64,000 nt of DNA, from contig CAWEQB010000012.1 in assembly GCA_963811115.1 (NCBI GenBank), forward strand, positions 1,017,762-1,081,761, given 5' to 3'. How positions within the stretch are numbered: position 1 is the first letter of the stretch; every line of letters starts with the position of its first letter. The stretch comes from an uncultured Gammaproteobacteria bacterium (GTDB lineage: Bacteria; Pseudomonadota; Gammaproteobacteria; Steroidobacterales; Steroidobacteraceae). Shown in pieces: positions 31,798 through 41,328 of this stretch. The notes under the pieces were generated by a model. The model worked only from the letters and a program-made list of their open reading frames with translations. It searched no databases and had not been told where the DNA came from. The position numbers and the translations under genes were made by a program.

Positions 31798-33159
31798 GAT
31801 GTTCCTTCGACCCGGGCGCGAATTCTTCCGTGTGCGAGCCGCGCATCGATGAGAGTACCTGGCTTTGCGTCCTCTGCATTGCGCAGAATTTCGCCGCCTT
31901 CGGTGCTCACGATGGCGTAGCCCCGATCCAGGGTCGCGAGCGGACTGACCGCATTCAAGGTCCGCGCCAGGGGCAGCAACTTCTTGCGCCTCGAGTCCAG
32001 GGCGAGGCGCATGGCGCGATTCAGTTGTTGTTCCAGACCGTCCAAGCGCACCTGTTGCTGGGCCAGGCGATTCGCCGGACTTACCAGGGCGGCCCTGCCC
32101 GTCAGCCAACGCAGCCGCTCCCGGTGCCCCTCCAGCCGGCGGCGCACGGCGCGCACCAGACACTGCTCGAGCTCGTCCAATCGTTGTGCCCGCGCACTCA
32201 AGCGCGCGGCGGGACTTGCGAGCGCCGCCCGCCCGTTCAGCCAGCGCAACCGTTCGCCGTGTTCCGCGAGCCGGCGCCGCACGCAGCGTTGCAGCCGCGC
32301 GCCCAGCTGGGCGAAGGCGTTGCGCCATTCTTCGGCATCGGGCACCACCAACTCCGCCGCCGCTGAAGGCGTGGGCGCGCGTACGTCGGCGGCAAAGTCG
32401 GCGATGGTGAAATCGATCTCATGGCCGATGCCGGTGATCACGGGAATGGGTGAGGCGACGATGGCGCGCGCCAATCGTTCATCGTTGAACGCCCAGAGAT
32501 CCTCCAATGAGCCTCCGCCACGCGCCAGGATCAATACATCGCACTCGGCGCGGCGTCCGGCGGTTTGCAGCGCTGCGATGATCTCCGCCGCCGCCTGCGC
32601 ACCCTGCACCGGAACGGGGTAAATCAATACGGCGGCCGCGGGAAAGCGTCTCGCCAGCACGTGCAGGATGTCGCGCACCGCGGCGCCGGTGGGCGAGGTG
32701 ATGATGCCGATGCGCTTGGGCAGTCCCGGCAGGGGCCGCTTGCGCTCAGCGGCGAACAGGCCTTCCTGGCTAAGTTTTGCGCTCAGTTCCTCGAACTGCC
32801 GTTTCAAGGCGCCGAGGCCGGCGTCTTCCATGTGATCGACGATGAGTTGGAACTCGCCGCGGGGCTCGTACAGCCCGATCCGGGCCCGCACCAGCACCTT
32901 CTGGCCGTCCCGCGCGGTGAAGGCACACAACATATTTCGCTGCCGGAACATTGCGCAGCGAACCTGCGCGGTCCGCGTCTTTGAGCGAGAAGTACCAGTG
33001 ACCGGAGCTGGGCCTTGCAAAATTGGAGATTTCCGCCTCCAGCCACAGGCTGCCGAAGCCGCGCTCCAGCAACACGCGGACTTCACGATTGAGCCGTGAA
33101 ACGCTGTAAACGTCACGGTCCGGGCGGGCGGGGGAGGATGTGATTTCGGCCAATTCCAT
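31794..33159 (-). CDS. xseA: Exodeoxyribonuclease VII large subunit; the frame is broken by one extra nucleotide near 32970
   Basis: The N-terminus MELAEI...[47 protein letters not shown] is in the frame of ORF 32770-33165. The remainder, [12 protein letters not shown]...[17 protein letters not shown]..., is in the frame of ORF 31794-33116. Confidence 0.88.
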
Positions 33160-33175
33160 GCGCAAATGATAGCGG

Positions 33176-33204
33176 TTTACCGCACCGCGGGCGCAAGGTA
33201 CAAT
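33176..33204 (+). promoter_or_regulatory. Candidate sigma70 promoter for guaBA (-35 TTTACC, 17-bp spacer, -10 TACAAT)
   Basis: Read directly in the xseA/guaB divergent intergenic region, about 37 nt upstream of the guaB ATG. Confidence 0.4.
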
Positions 33205-33240
33205 GCGCCGCCTCTTAGATGAACCTGTGAACGCTACCCT

Positions 33241-34708
<1,468 letters not shown>

Positions 34709-34709
<1 letters not shown>

Positions 34710-36284
34710 TGCGCGGACATCCACACGGACCGGGTCCTGATACTCGATTTCGGTGCGTCAGTACACGCAGTTGATCGCGCGCCGGGTGCGCGAACTCGGT
34801 GTGTATTCGGAGATTTACTCCTGCGACGTCGATGGCGAGCAGATCAAACGGTTTGCGCCCAAGGCCATCATTCTGTCCGGCGGCCCCGAGTCGGTGTACG
34901 ACGTCAAGGGCCAAGAGGCGTCCGCGCGAGGTCTTTTCCCTGGGCGTGCCGGTTCTCGGCATTTGTTACGGCATGCAGACCATGGCCGCGCAATTGGGCG
35001 GCCAGGTTGAGTCCTCCAGTCATCGCGAGTTCGGCGCCGCGCAAGTGCGGCCTGCGGCGGGCTCTCGGTTGTTCGACGGGCTCGAGGACAATCGCGACGC
35101 GCAAGGCCGCCGCGTGCTCGATGTGTGGATGAGCCACGGCGATCGCGTGGTCGCCGTGCCGCCGGGATTCAAGGTCATCGGCTCGAGCGACAACGCACCG
35201 CTCGCGGCCATGGCGGACGAGTCGCGGTGGTTGTACGGCCTGCAGTTTCATCCCGAGGTGACGCACAGCCTGCAGGGCGGCGAAATTCTGCGGCGCTTCG
35301 TGCGCGAGATCGCCGGCTGTTCCGCGGATTGGGCCACCGGCAATATCATCGAGGACAGCGTCGCGCGGGTGCGCGCCCAAGTCGGCCGCGACAAGGTGCT
35401 GCTCGGATTGTCGGGCGGAGTGGATTCCTCGGTGTTGGCAGCGCTGCTACACCGCGCCATCGGCGCCCAACTCACCTGCGTGTTCGTGGATCACGGCCTG
35501 CTGCGCCTCGGCGAAGGCGATCAGGTGATGGCGACGTTTGCCGAACACATGGGCGTGCAGGTGATCCGCGTCGACGCCGAGCAGCGATTCTTGAAGGCGC
35601 TGGCCGGCGAGGCGGATCCGGAAAAGAAGCGCAAGATCATCGGGCGCATGTTCGTCGAGGTCTTCGACGAGGAAGCGGCGAAGCTCGACGTCAAGTGGCT
35701 GGCGCAGGGCACCATCTATCCCGACGTCATCGAATCTGCCGGCAGCAAGACCGGCAAGGCACACGTCATCAAGTCGCACCATAACGTGGGCGGTTTACCC
35801 GAACACATGAAGCTCAAGCTCCTGGAGCCGCTGCGCGAGTTGTTCAAGGATGAAGTGCGCAAATTGGGAGTCGAGCTCGGCCTGCCTCGGGACATGGTGC
35901 ATCGGCATCCCTTCCCGGGCCCCGGCTTGGGCGTGCGAATTTTGGGCGAAATCCACAAATCGCATGCGGATCTGCTGCGCCGTGCGGACGCGATTTTCAT
36001 CGAGGAGCTGCGCCGCCATGATCTCTATGACAAGGTCAGCCAGGCGTTCGCCGTATTTCTGCCGGTGCGTTCCGTCGGCGTGATGGGCGACGGGCGGCGC
36101 TACGATTATGTGATCGCGCTGCGTGCGGTGGAAACCATCGATTTCATGACGGCGCGCTGGGCGCGATTGCCCTATGAATTTCTCGATCACGTCGTCCACC
36201 GCGTGATCAATGAGGTGCGCGGGAATTTCCCGCGTCGTCTACGACATCTCGGGCAAGCCGCCGGCGACCATCGAGTGGGAGTGA
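34709..36284 (+). CDS. guaA: GMP synthase (glutamine-hydrolysing); the frame is broken by four single extra nucleotides (about 34713, 34758, 34921 and 36224)
   Basis: ATG overlaps the guaB stop (TGATG). Segments: M(R/A)[14 protein letters not shown] | [18 protein letters not shown]...[14 protein letters not shown] | [19 protein letters not shown]...SGGVDSSV...RVINEVRG | [22 protein letters not shown]. The span is 1576 nt, and 1576-4 gives 524 codons. Confidence 0.9.
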
Positions 36285-36362
36285 GGGGACTGCCTACAGA
36301 GTTTGCAACGGTTTGCAGTCAATCCGTAACCCTGGAAACCAGGGCAAAACTGGCAAAAACCC
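36250..36362 (+). repeat. guaA 3'-end unit, copy G (the live gene end plus a tail of about 78 nt ending in a CCCTGG-AAA-CCAGGG hairpin and CAAAACTGGCAAAAAC)
   Basis: Shares ..AT(C/T)GAGTGGGAGTGA and the terminal AACCCTG..C(A/T)GGGCAAAACTGGCAAAAAC block with copies A, B and C. Confidence 0.75.
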
Positions 36363-36623
36363 AATTATCACCAGGGTGAACGGCTCTCAGCTGCCCGCTC
36401 GTATCGTGATCTGATCGCCGTTAGGGGCGAACGGCCGGTGTCGGGCAGGGCGCTACCGCCGCTTTAGGCAAACTCCGGCCAGTGGCAACGCTGAGTAACC
36501 AACCCACGGCCTGCCATTAGACGCTCCGCGTTATGGGCAGACGTACGCGACGGCAGAATCGACAGACTAGACGCTGTTGTCGATGTGGCAGTCCGGCGGG
36601 TTCTCCGGGCAGAATGGGGCATC

Positions 36624-37883
36624 ATGCACGATCAAAAACGACAGAGATTCCGTTCCTCCATAACCCGTCGCCGCTTTATCCTGAGCACTTCGATGCTGCC
36701 GTTTGCCACCTGGGCCGGAGGGCTGGACGCTGGAGTGACCGCCGCGACGGGTATTTCTGGTAGTTCTGAGGTCTTACCAACCAACGTAAAAGACATCTTT
36801 AACGTGCGGGGTTTCGAGCCCCTGGCCCGCGCGGCATTGCCGCCAGCTCACTTCGGATATCTCGCCACCGGCATCGACGACGATCGCACCCTGCGACGAA
36901 ACGAAGACGCATTCAGTGACTACGAAATCCGCGCCCGGCGCTTTATCGACCTGTCTCGGGTCGATACCAGCACTACGGTGTTCGGCGCTCACTGGAGAAC
37001 TCCGGTCTATTTTTCCGCCGTTTCGGCAATGCGTGCATTTCACCCCGATGGGGAGGCAGCGGTGGCGCGTGCTGCCGCAAGCCGGTCGGCCCAACTAATG
37101 GTTTCTACGGGGTCCTCTGTTCCGCTTGAGCAAATTTTGGCACAGCGCGGCGCCCCGGTATGGCAACAGCTTTATCCAACGGACGACTGGACAGTTACAC
37201 GGGAACTCGTGCGTCGCGCCGAATCGGCGGGTGCCGATGCCATTGTGTTGTCAGTGGATTCGACAGCTACCGCGGGTGCTCGGAATTCAGAAACGTTGCG
37301 GCGTGCCGCGCGTGTCGATAAACGTGACTGTACTGCCTGCCATGTCGGAAACCGCCACGACATGTGGCTCCGAGCGCCACTTTTTTCGGGAATCGACGTG
37401 TCACAGGTAAAAGGGCTCGCGCCTCCGGGGCTGACCCTTGAGTGGTTCGATCGCTTGCGTGAACTGGTTCGCGGGAAGCTGCTCATCAAAGGCATCGTGA
37501 CTGGAGAGGATGCGCTAGCGGCGATCGGGCACGGTGCCGATGGAGTCATCGTGTCCAACCATGGTGGCCGCAACGAGGAGACTCTGCGCGCAACAATTGA
37601 TTGTGTCCCAGAAGTTGTTGCTGCCGTGAAAGGCCGCGTTCCGGTATTCATGGATGGGGGCGCGCGAAGAGGCACTGACGTGTTCAAGGCGCTGGCTTTA
37701 GGTGCGTCGGGCGTTGGCATCGGGCGCCCTCAGGGTTGGGGTCTTGCCGCCTTCGGACAGGAAGGCGCCGAGGCTGTGCTCGATATCTATGGCCGCGAAC
37801 TTGAAGCAATCATGCGTCAGGCGGGGACGCCGACGATCGCTGCGATCGGGGCACGTGCTGTTCTCCATCGCGGTGCAGCCTAA
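36624..37883 (+). CDS. FMN-dependent alpha-hydroxy-acid dehydrogenase/oxidase family protein with a twin-arginine signal peptide
   Basis: ATG 36624 inside track ORF 36585-37883. N-terminus MHDQKRQRFRSSITRRRFILSTSMLPFATWAGG (S/T-R-R-x-F-L). TIM-barrel core VSNHGGRNEE...DGGARRGTDVFKALALGA. Confidence 0.75.
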   Translation: MHDQKRQRFRSSITRRRFILSTSMLPFATWAGGLDAGVTAATGISGSSEVLPTNVKDIFNVRGFEPLARAALPPAHFGYLATGIDDDRTLRRNEDAFSDYEIRARRFIDLSRVDTSTTVFGAHWRTPVYFSAVSAMRAFHPDGEAAVARAAASRSAQLMVSTGSSVPLEQILAQRGAPVWQQLYPTDDWTVTRELVRRAESAGADAIVLSVDSTATAGARNSETLRRAARVDKRDCTACHVGNRHDMWLRAPLFSGIDVSQVKGLAPPGLTLEWFDRLRELVRGKLLIKGIVTGEDALAAIGHGADGVIVSNHGGRNEETLRATIDCVPEVVAAVKGRVPVFMDGGARRGTDVFKALALGASGVGIGRPQGWGLAAFGQEGAEAVLDIYGRELEAIMRQAGTPTIAAIGARAVLHRGAA

Positions 37884-38156
37884 AACCCAAAGGCGCAATA
37901 GGACGTGCGCCTCTGCCGACCGGCGATAACGTCAATCTCGTGAACGAAGGCCTGAACACATACGCGTTCTGAGCGGCGAGAATCAGATTTGCCGGTCGGA
38001 CTACTCGGACTGGTGTCCGGAAAGCGGCCGGTTGTATGCGGCAGCAGTGCGTCAGCTTTGACCGCTCGCCGGTGCGGGTAAAACGAGCGTCGCTGTTAAA
38101 TTGCGGATTGTGAACGGCACGTCAGCATCCGCGGCCTGCAGGCGGTTGCCAATCCG

Positions 38157-38179
38157 TTGTATATTAAGGTAATATACAA
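38157..38179. promoter_or_regulatory. Perfect 10-bp inverted repeat (TTGTATATTA-agg-TAATATACAA) abutting the brnT start; candidate BrnA operator
   Basis: Read directly. It ends 1 nt before ATG 38181. Confidence 0.5.
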
Positions 38180-38180
38180 A

Positions 38181-38480
38181 ATGATCGACTTGGCGAAAGT
38201 CATTGGCTTCGAATGGGATGAGGGCAACTCGAGAAAGAATGAGCAGCATGGCGTCTCGAAGGCTGAGGCGGAGCAGGTGTTCTTTAATTCACCGTTGCTT
38301 GTTCTACCCGACCCGAGGCATAGCGAGACCGAACTGCGCTTTCATGCCCTCGGCAGAACCAATGAAGGACGGCGACTGCACATTACCTTTACGCTGAGAG
38401 ACGCCGGGCAGTTCATCCGGGTGATATCGGCCAGAGACATGCACCGGAAGGAGCGCGTGATTTATGAACAAGCGTCTTAA
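38181..38480 (+). CDS. brnT: BrnT-family toxin (ribonuclease toxin of a type II TA pair)
   Basis: MIDLAKVIGFEWDEGNSRKNEQHGVSKAEAEQVF...RVISARDMHRKERVIY, with the typical FEWDE.K..N..KHG pattern. I prefer ATG 38181 over the track start 38157. Confidence 0.8.
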   Translation: MIDLAKVIGFEWDEGNSRKNEQHGVSKAEAEQVFFNSPLLVLPDPRHSETELRFHALGRTNEGRRLHITFTLRDAGQFIRVISARDMHRKERVIYEQAS

Positions 38481-38730
38481 GCCCATCCCGAAATTTGCTA
38501 ATGAGGCCGCGGAAAGGGCGTTCTGGGAAAAGAACGACTCAACGGTGTATATGGATTGGAAAAAAGCGCAGGTGGCTGTGCTTCCTAATCTAAAGCCGTC
38601 TACCCAGACGATCTCATTGCGGCTACCGCAGCATCTTCTTGACTCTATAAAGTCAGCTGCGAACGCGCGAGATGTACCATATCAATCTCTGATCAAGGTG
38701 TGGCTGCAAGAGAAGCTGCAGGATTCGTAA
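38464..38730 (+). CDS. brnA: BrnA-family antitoxin (CopG/RHH-like)
   Basis: 88 aa, overlaps the brnT 3' end by 17 nt. EAAERAFWEKNDST...ISLRLPQHLLDSIKSAANARDVPYQSLIKVWLQEKL. Confidence 0.8.
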   Translation: MNKRLKPIPKFANEAAERAFWEKNDSTVYMDWKKAQVAVLPNLKPSTQTISLRLPQHLLDSIKSAANARDVPYQSLIKVWLQEKLQDS

Positions 38731-38751
38731 TTCCTTTCGGCATCTATCGCC

Positions 38752-38953
38752 CTCTATCGCCCCCAAGCGGAATATTCTGACGGTGCAAATGACGGTAAAA
38801 TTATTGTGCACCGACAAAGAATATCAAGCTTTCAATTGCTTACGGGTGCAGGAGACGATTGAGTGGGAGTGAGCAGACCAAGGCGCTTCTCCAGTGTGGC
38901 ATGGTCGGCTGCGGCGGTAAACCCTGAGTTTCTGGGCAAAACTGGCAAAAACC
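38752..38953 (+). repeat. guaA 3'-end unit, copy A (extended left arm, a pseudo-end ..ACGATTGAGTGGGAGTGA, and a tail of about 81 nt)
   Basis: Alignable end to end with copy C. Over the last 125 nt or so it also aligns with copy B. It carries the same 15-nt guaA terminal codons and the same terminal hairpin/CAAAACTGGCAAAAAC block as copy G. Confidence 0.8.
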
Positions 38954-39081
38954 TGTCGGCTGCAGACGGCCGCCGTAGACTGCATAACTCCGGCGCAGCG
39001 AAATTGCGCATTCGCTGACAGCGCGCCGCCCCGGCACTGTTTCGAATACGATTCTTTAGGCGGCAAGAATCCAGGACCGAA

Positions 39082-40605
39082 GTGCTGAACACTGATCAAA
39101 TTCGTCCACGGCAGCCATTACTGAGCAGTTATGTAGCTCTGGCGTTGGTATTGGCTACGGCGGTGATCACTCCTGCACGCGCTCAAGTACCTATAATAGA
39201 CGTGTCCGGGGCGGCGACGACATTCGCGACTTTGTGTTCGTCCTGTCATGGCTCGGACCTGCAAGGGGGCCAGGGCCCAGCGCTCATCGGTCCGAGCTAC
39301 CTGCACGGCCTTGACGATGTTTCCGTGGCGCGCAGTATTCGAGAGGGCTTCCCGGGGAAAGGGATGCCCGCATGGAGTGCGACCCTCAGCGAGGGACAGA
39401 TTCTTGGGCTCGTAGGCTTTCTCCGAGACCAACGAATAGCGGTGTCACCGGAACACCTTGCGCAGCTTGATGCTGAGCTAAAGGGAAAACTGCATTCGTT
39501 GCGTATAGCCAGCGAGCTGGAGTCGTTTCGCGTTGACATTGTTGCGGAGGTAGGCAAGCCATGGGGAATCGCTTCGCTTCCTGATGGACGCATCCTGGTC
39601 ACCGAGGAAGCGGGAGCACTTCGGGTCATCGACCACGGACACTTGCTCCCCAATCCTGTGGAAACTACGCCGCGCGGAGTTCGCCCGACGGATCACTTTC
39701 AACGTGCATTGCTCGATGTTGCAGTTCACCCTGACTATCAACGCAATCGCTGGATTTATCTTACTTCGGCACAGCAAATCGGGATCGGAGGTGGTACAAG
39801 CAAAACGCAGGTGTCGTTGGTACGAGGGCATTTGCAGGGCAACGCGTGGGTCGACTCCAAAGTCTTGGCGACATTGGATGTCGAAACCGGTACAGCGCGT
39901 ATCGCGTTCGACGACAGCCGTCACGTCTACGTCTCAACTTCGAGCGGGCCGGGAGTAGACGGGGTGACCGGCGCGGCGCCGCTGACGCCTGATCAGCTAT
40001 TGCGCACACCCGCGCAAGACCTGTCGAATCCGCGCGGCAAGATCATGCGCTGGAACGACGATGGATCCATGCCCACTGACAATCCGTTCGTGCAAACCTC
40101 CAACGCCCTACCCGCGATCTGGAGTTATGGGCACCGAAATCCGCAAGGGCTCAGCTTTGATCGAAAGACGCATGAGCTCTGGTCAACAGAGCATGGCCCG
40201 CGGGGAGGTGATGAGCTCAATTGGATACGGGGTGGTCACAACTATGGGTGGCCCGTCATAAGTTACGGTACCCGCTACGACGGTCTGCCGGTCACGAGCG
40301 AGGTGGAACGCGAGGGCATGGACCAACCGGTCATTAACTGGTCGCCGGCGGTCGCCGTATCGGCAATCGCGTTCTACGAGGGAAACGCGTTTCCCAAGTG
40401 GAGGCATAGCCTCTTGGTTGGATCGCTATTGAAGCAGGAGTTGTTGCGGGTTGTGATTCGAGAACAGCTGGCGGTAGTTCAAGAACTGCTCTTAAAGGAT
40501 ATAGGCCGAATTCGTGCTATTACTACCGGCTCCGACGGGAACATTTACCTTGCATTGGAACTGAAGCAACAGGGTCTGGTCGTTCGGTTGTCACCCGCCA
40601 ATTGA
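39082..40605 (+). CDS. Cytochrome c domain fused to a PQQ-dependent sugar (sorbosone/glucose) dehydrogenase beta-propeller
   Basis: 507 aa. Signal/TM segment, haem-binding CSSCH...MPAW, then RILVTEEAGALRVI...HPDYQRNRWIYL...YGHRNPQGLSFD...EHGPRGGDELN...GHNYGWP. Confidence 0.78.
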   Translation: MLNTDQIRPRQPLLSSYVALALVLATAVITPARAQVPIIDVSGAATTFATLCSSCHGSDLQGGQGPALIGPSYLHGLDDVSVARSIREGFPGKGMPAWSATLSEGQILGLVGFLRDQRIAVSPEHLAQLDAELKGKLHSLRIASELESFRVDIVAEVGKPWGIASLPDGRILVTEEAGALRVIDHGHLLPNPVETTPRGVRPTDHFQRALLDVAVHPDYQRNRWIYLTSAQQIGIGGGTSKTQVSLVRGHLQGNAWVDSKVLATLDVETGTARIAFDDSRHVYVSTSSGPGVDGVTGAAPLTPDQLLRTPAQDLSNPRGKIMRWNDDGSMPTDNPFVQTSNALPAIWSYGHRNPQGLSFDRKTHELWSTEHGPRGGDELNWIRGGHNYGWPVISYGTRYDGLPVTSEVEREGMDQPVINWSPAVAVSAIAFYEGNAFPKWRHSLLVGSLLKQELLRVVIREQLAVVQELLLKDIGRIRAITTGSDGNIYLALELKQQGLVVRLSPAN

Positions 40606-40722
40606 CTTGCAAGTGGTGTCAATGATGGAGGGCAACTGTGGAGGTAACGGGGCGGTTGAAGTCTTCGGGAAAGATCGCGCCCCGCGGCGTGGTGTACGAG
40701 CCATGGAACTTGAGCGGCAAGC

Positions 40723-41109
40723 CTACGCAGCTATTCTGTTGCGCGCCCGACCGCGCGGAACGATCAGATCCGCTGAGATGTCAAAGCGCTCGCGGAGCCG
40801 GCGCACCATTGTCATGCTCAAGTCCCGTTTTCCGCTCAGGACCTCGCTCACGCGGCTGGGTGTACCAAGTAACGGCACGAGATCAGCGCGCGAAAGGCCA
40901 TGCTGATCCATTAGGTAGGCGAGAAGCACCGGAAGTGTCGGCGCTGTGCGTGGCCACTGCGAGCGCTCGTAAGCCTCGACCAAGCGGGCCTGGGCTACCA
41001 TCCGTGCACGGTCGTTGGGATCGCTCGACCCCATCAGCTTTTCGACGAGCTTCTTGGCGTCAGCGTGGTCCGCTTCATCTTGAATCACAATCAGGGTCGC
41101 TTTCATCAC
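40723..41109 (-). CDS. higA: HigA-family antitoxin (XRE HTH)
   Basis: 128 aa. N-terminal ...DEADHADAKKLVEKLM..., C-terminal HTH LMDQHGLSRADLVPLLGTPSRVSEVLSGKRDLSMTMVRRL. Confidence 0.75.
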   Translation of the reverse strand: MMKATLIVIQDEADHADAKKLVEKLMGSSDPNDRARMVAQARLVEAYERSQWPRTAPTLPVLLAYLMDQHGLSRADLVPLLGTPSRVSEVLSGKRDLSMTMVRRLRERFDISADLIVPRGRARNRIAA

Positions 41110-41328
41110 ACTGTCTCCGCATCAATGCGTCGTATTCCTCATGCGATCCGAAAAATCGAATCATCAGAACGCCATCCACGTACTGCACCACCGCTATTAA
41201 CCGATAATCGTTGGCCAACCTTCTGGCAACTGGGGGGTGTCCACTTTTCTGGACGCTGAAAGTTTATTCTGGCGAAGACGCAATCCTGCAAATCTGCCCG
41301 CCTACCGTCATCCAGCTGAGGTTGGCCG
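41106..41328 (-). pseudogene. higB: Decayed HigB-family toxin gene (N-terminally truncated, with at least two frame disruptions)
   Basis: The pieces ...ANDYRLIAVVQYVDGVLMIRFFGSHEEYD and ..IDAETV-TGA (the TGA overlaps the higA ATG as TGATG) lie in different frames. Another shift falls at a C7 run. Only about 74 codons of space remain before the arsA stop. Confidence 0.55.

Noticed and set aside
36363-36623. The non-coding stretch of about 260 bp after the live guaA unit, examined for an integrase remnant, a tRNA-like element or a structured ncRNA.
   Set aside because: It has no ORF with recombinase motifs and no convincing extended secondary structure or repeat beyond an 8-nt TAGACGCT duplication.
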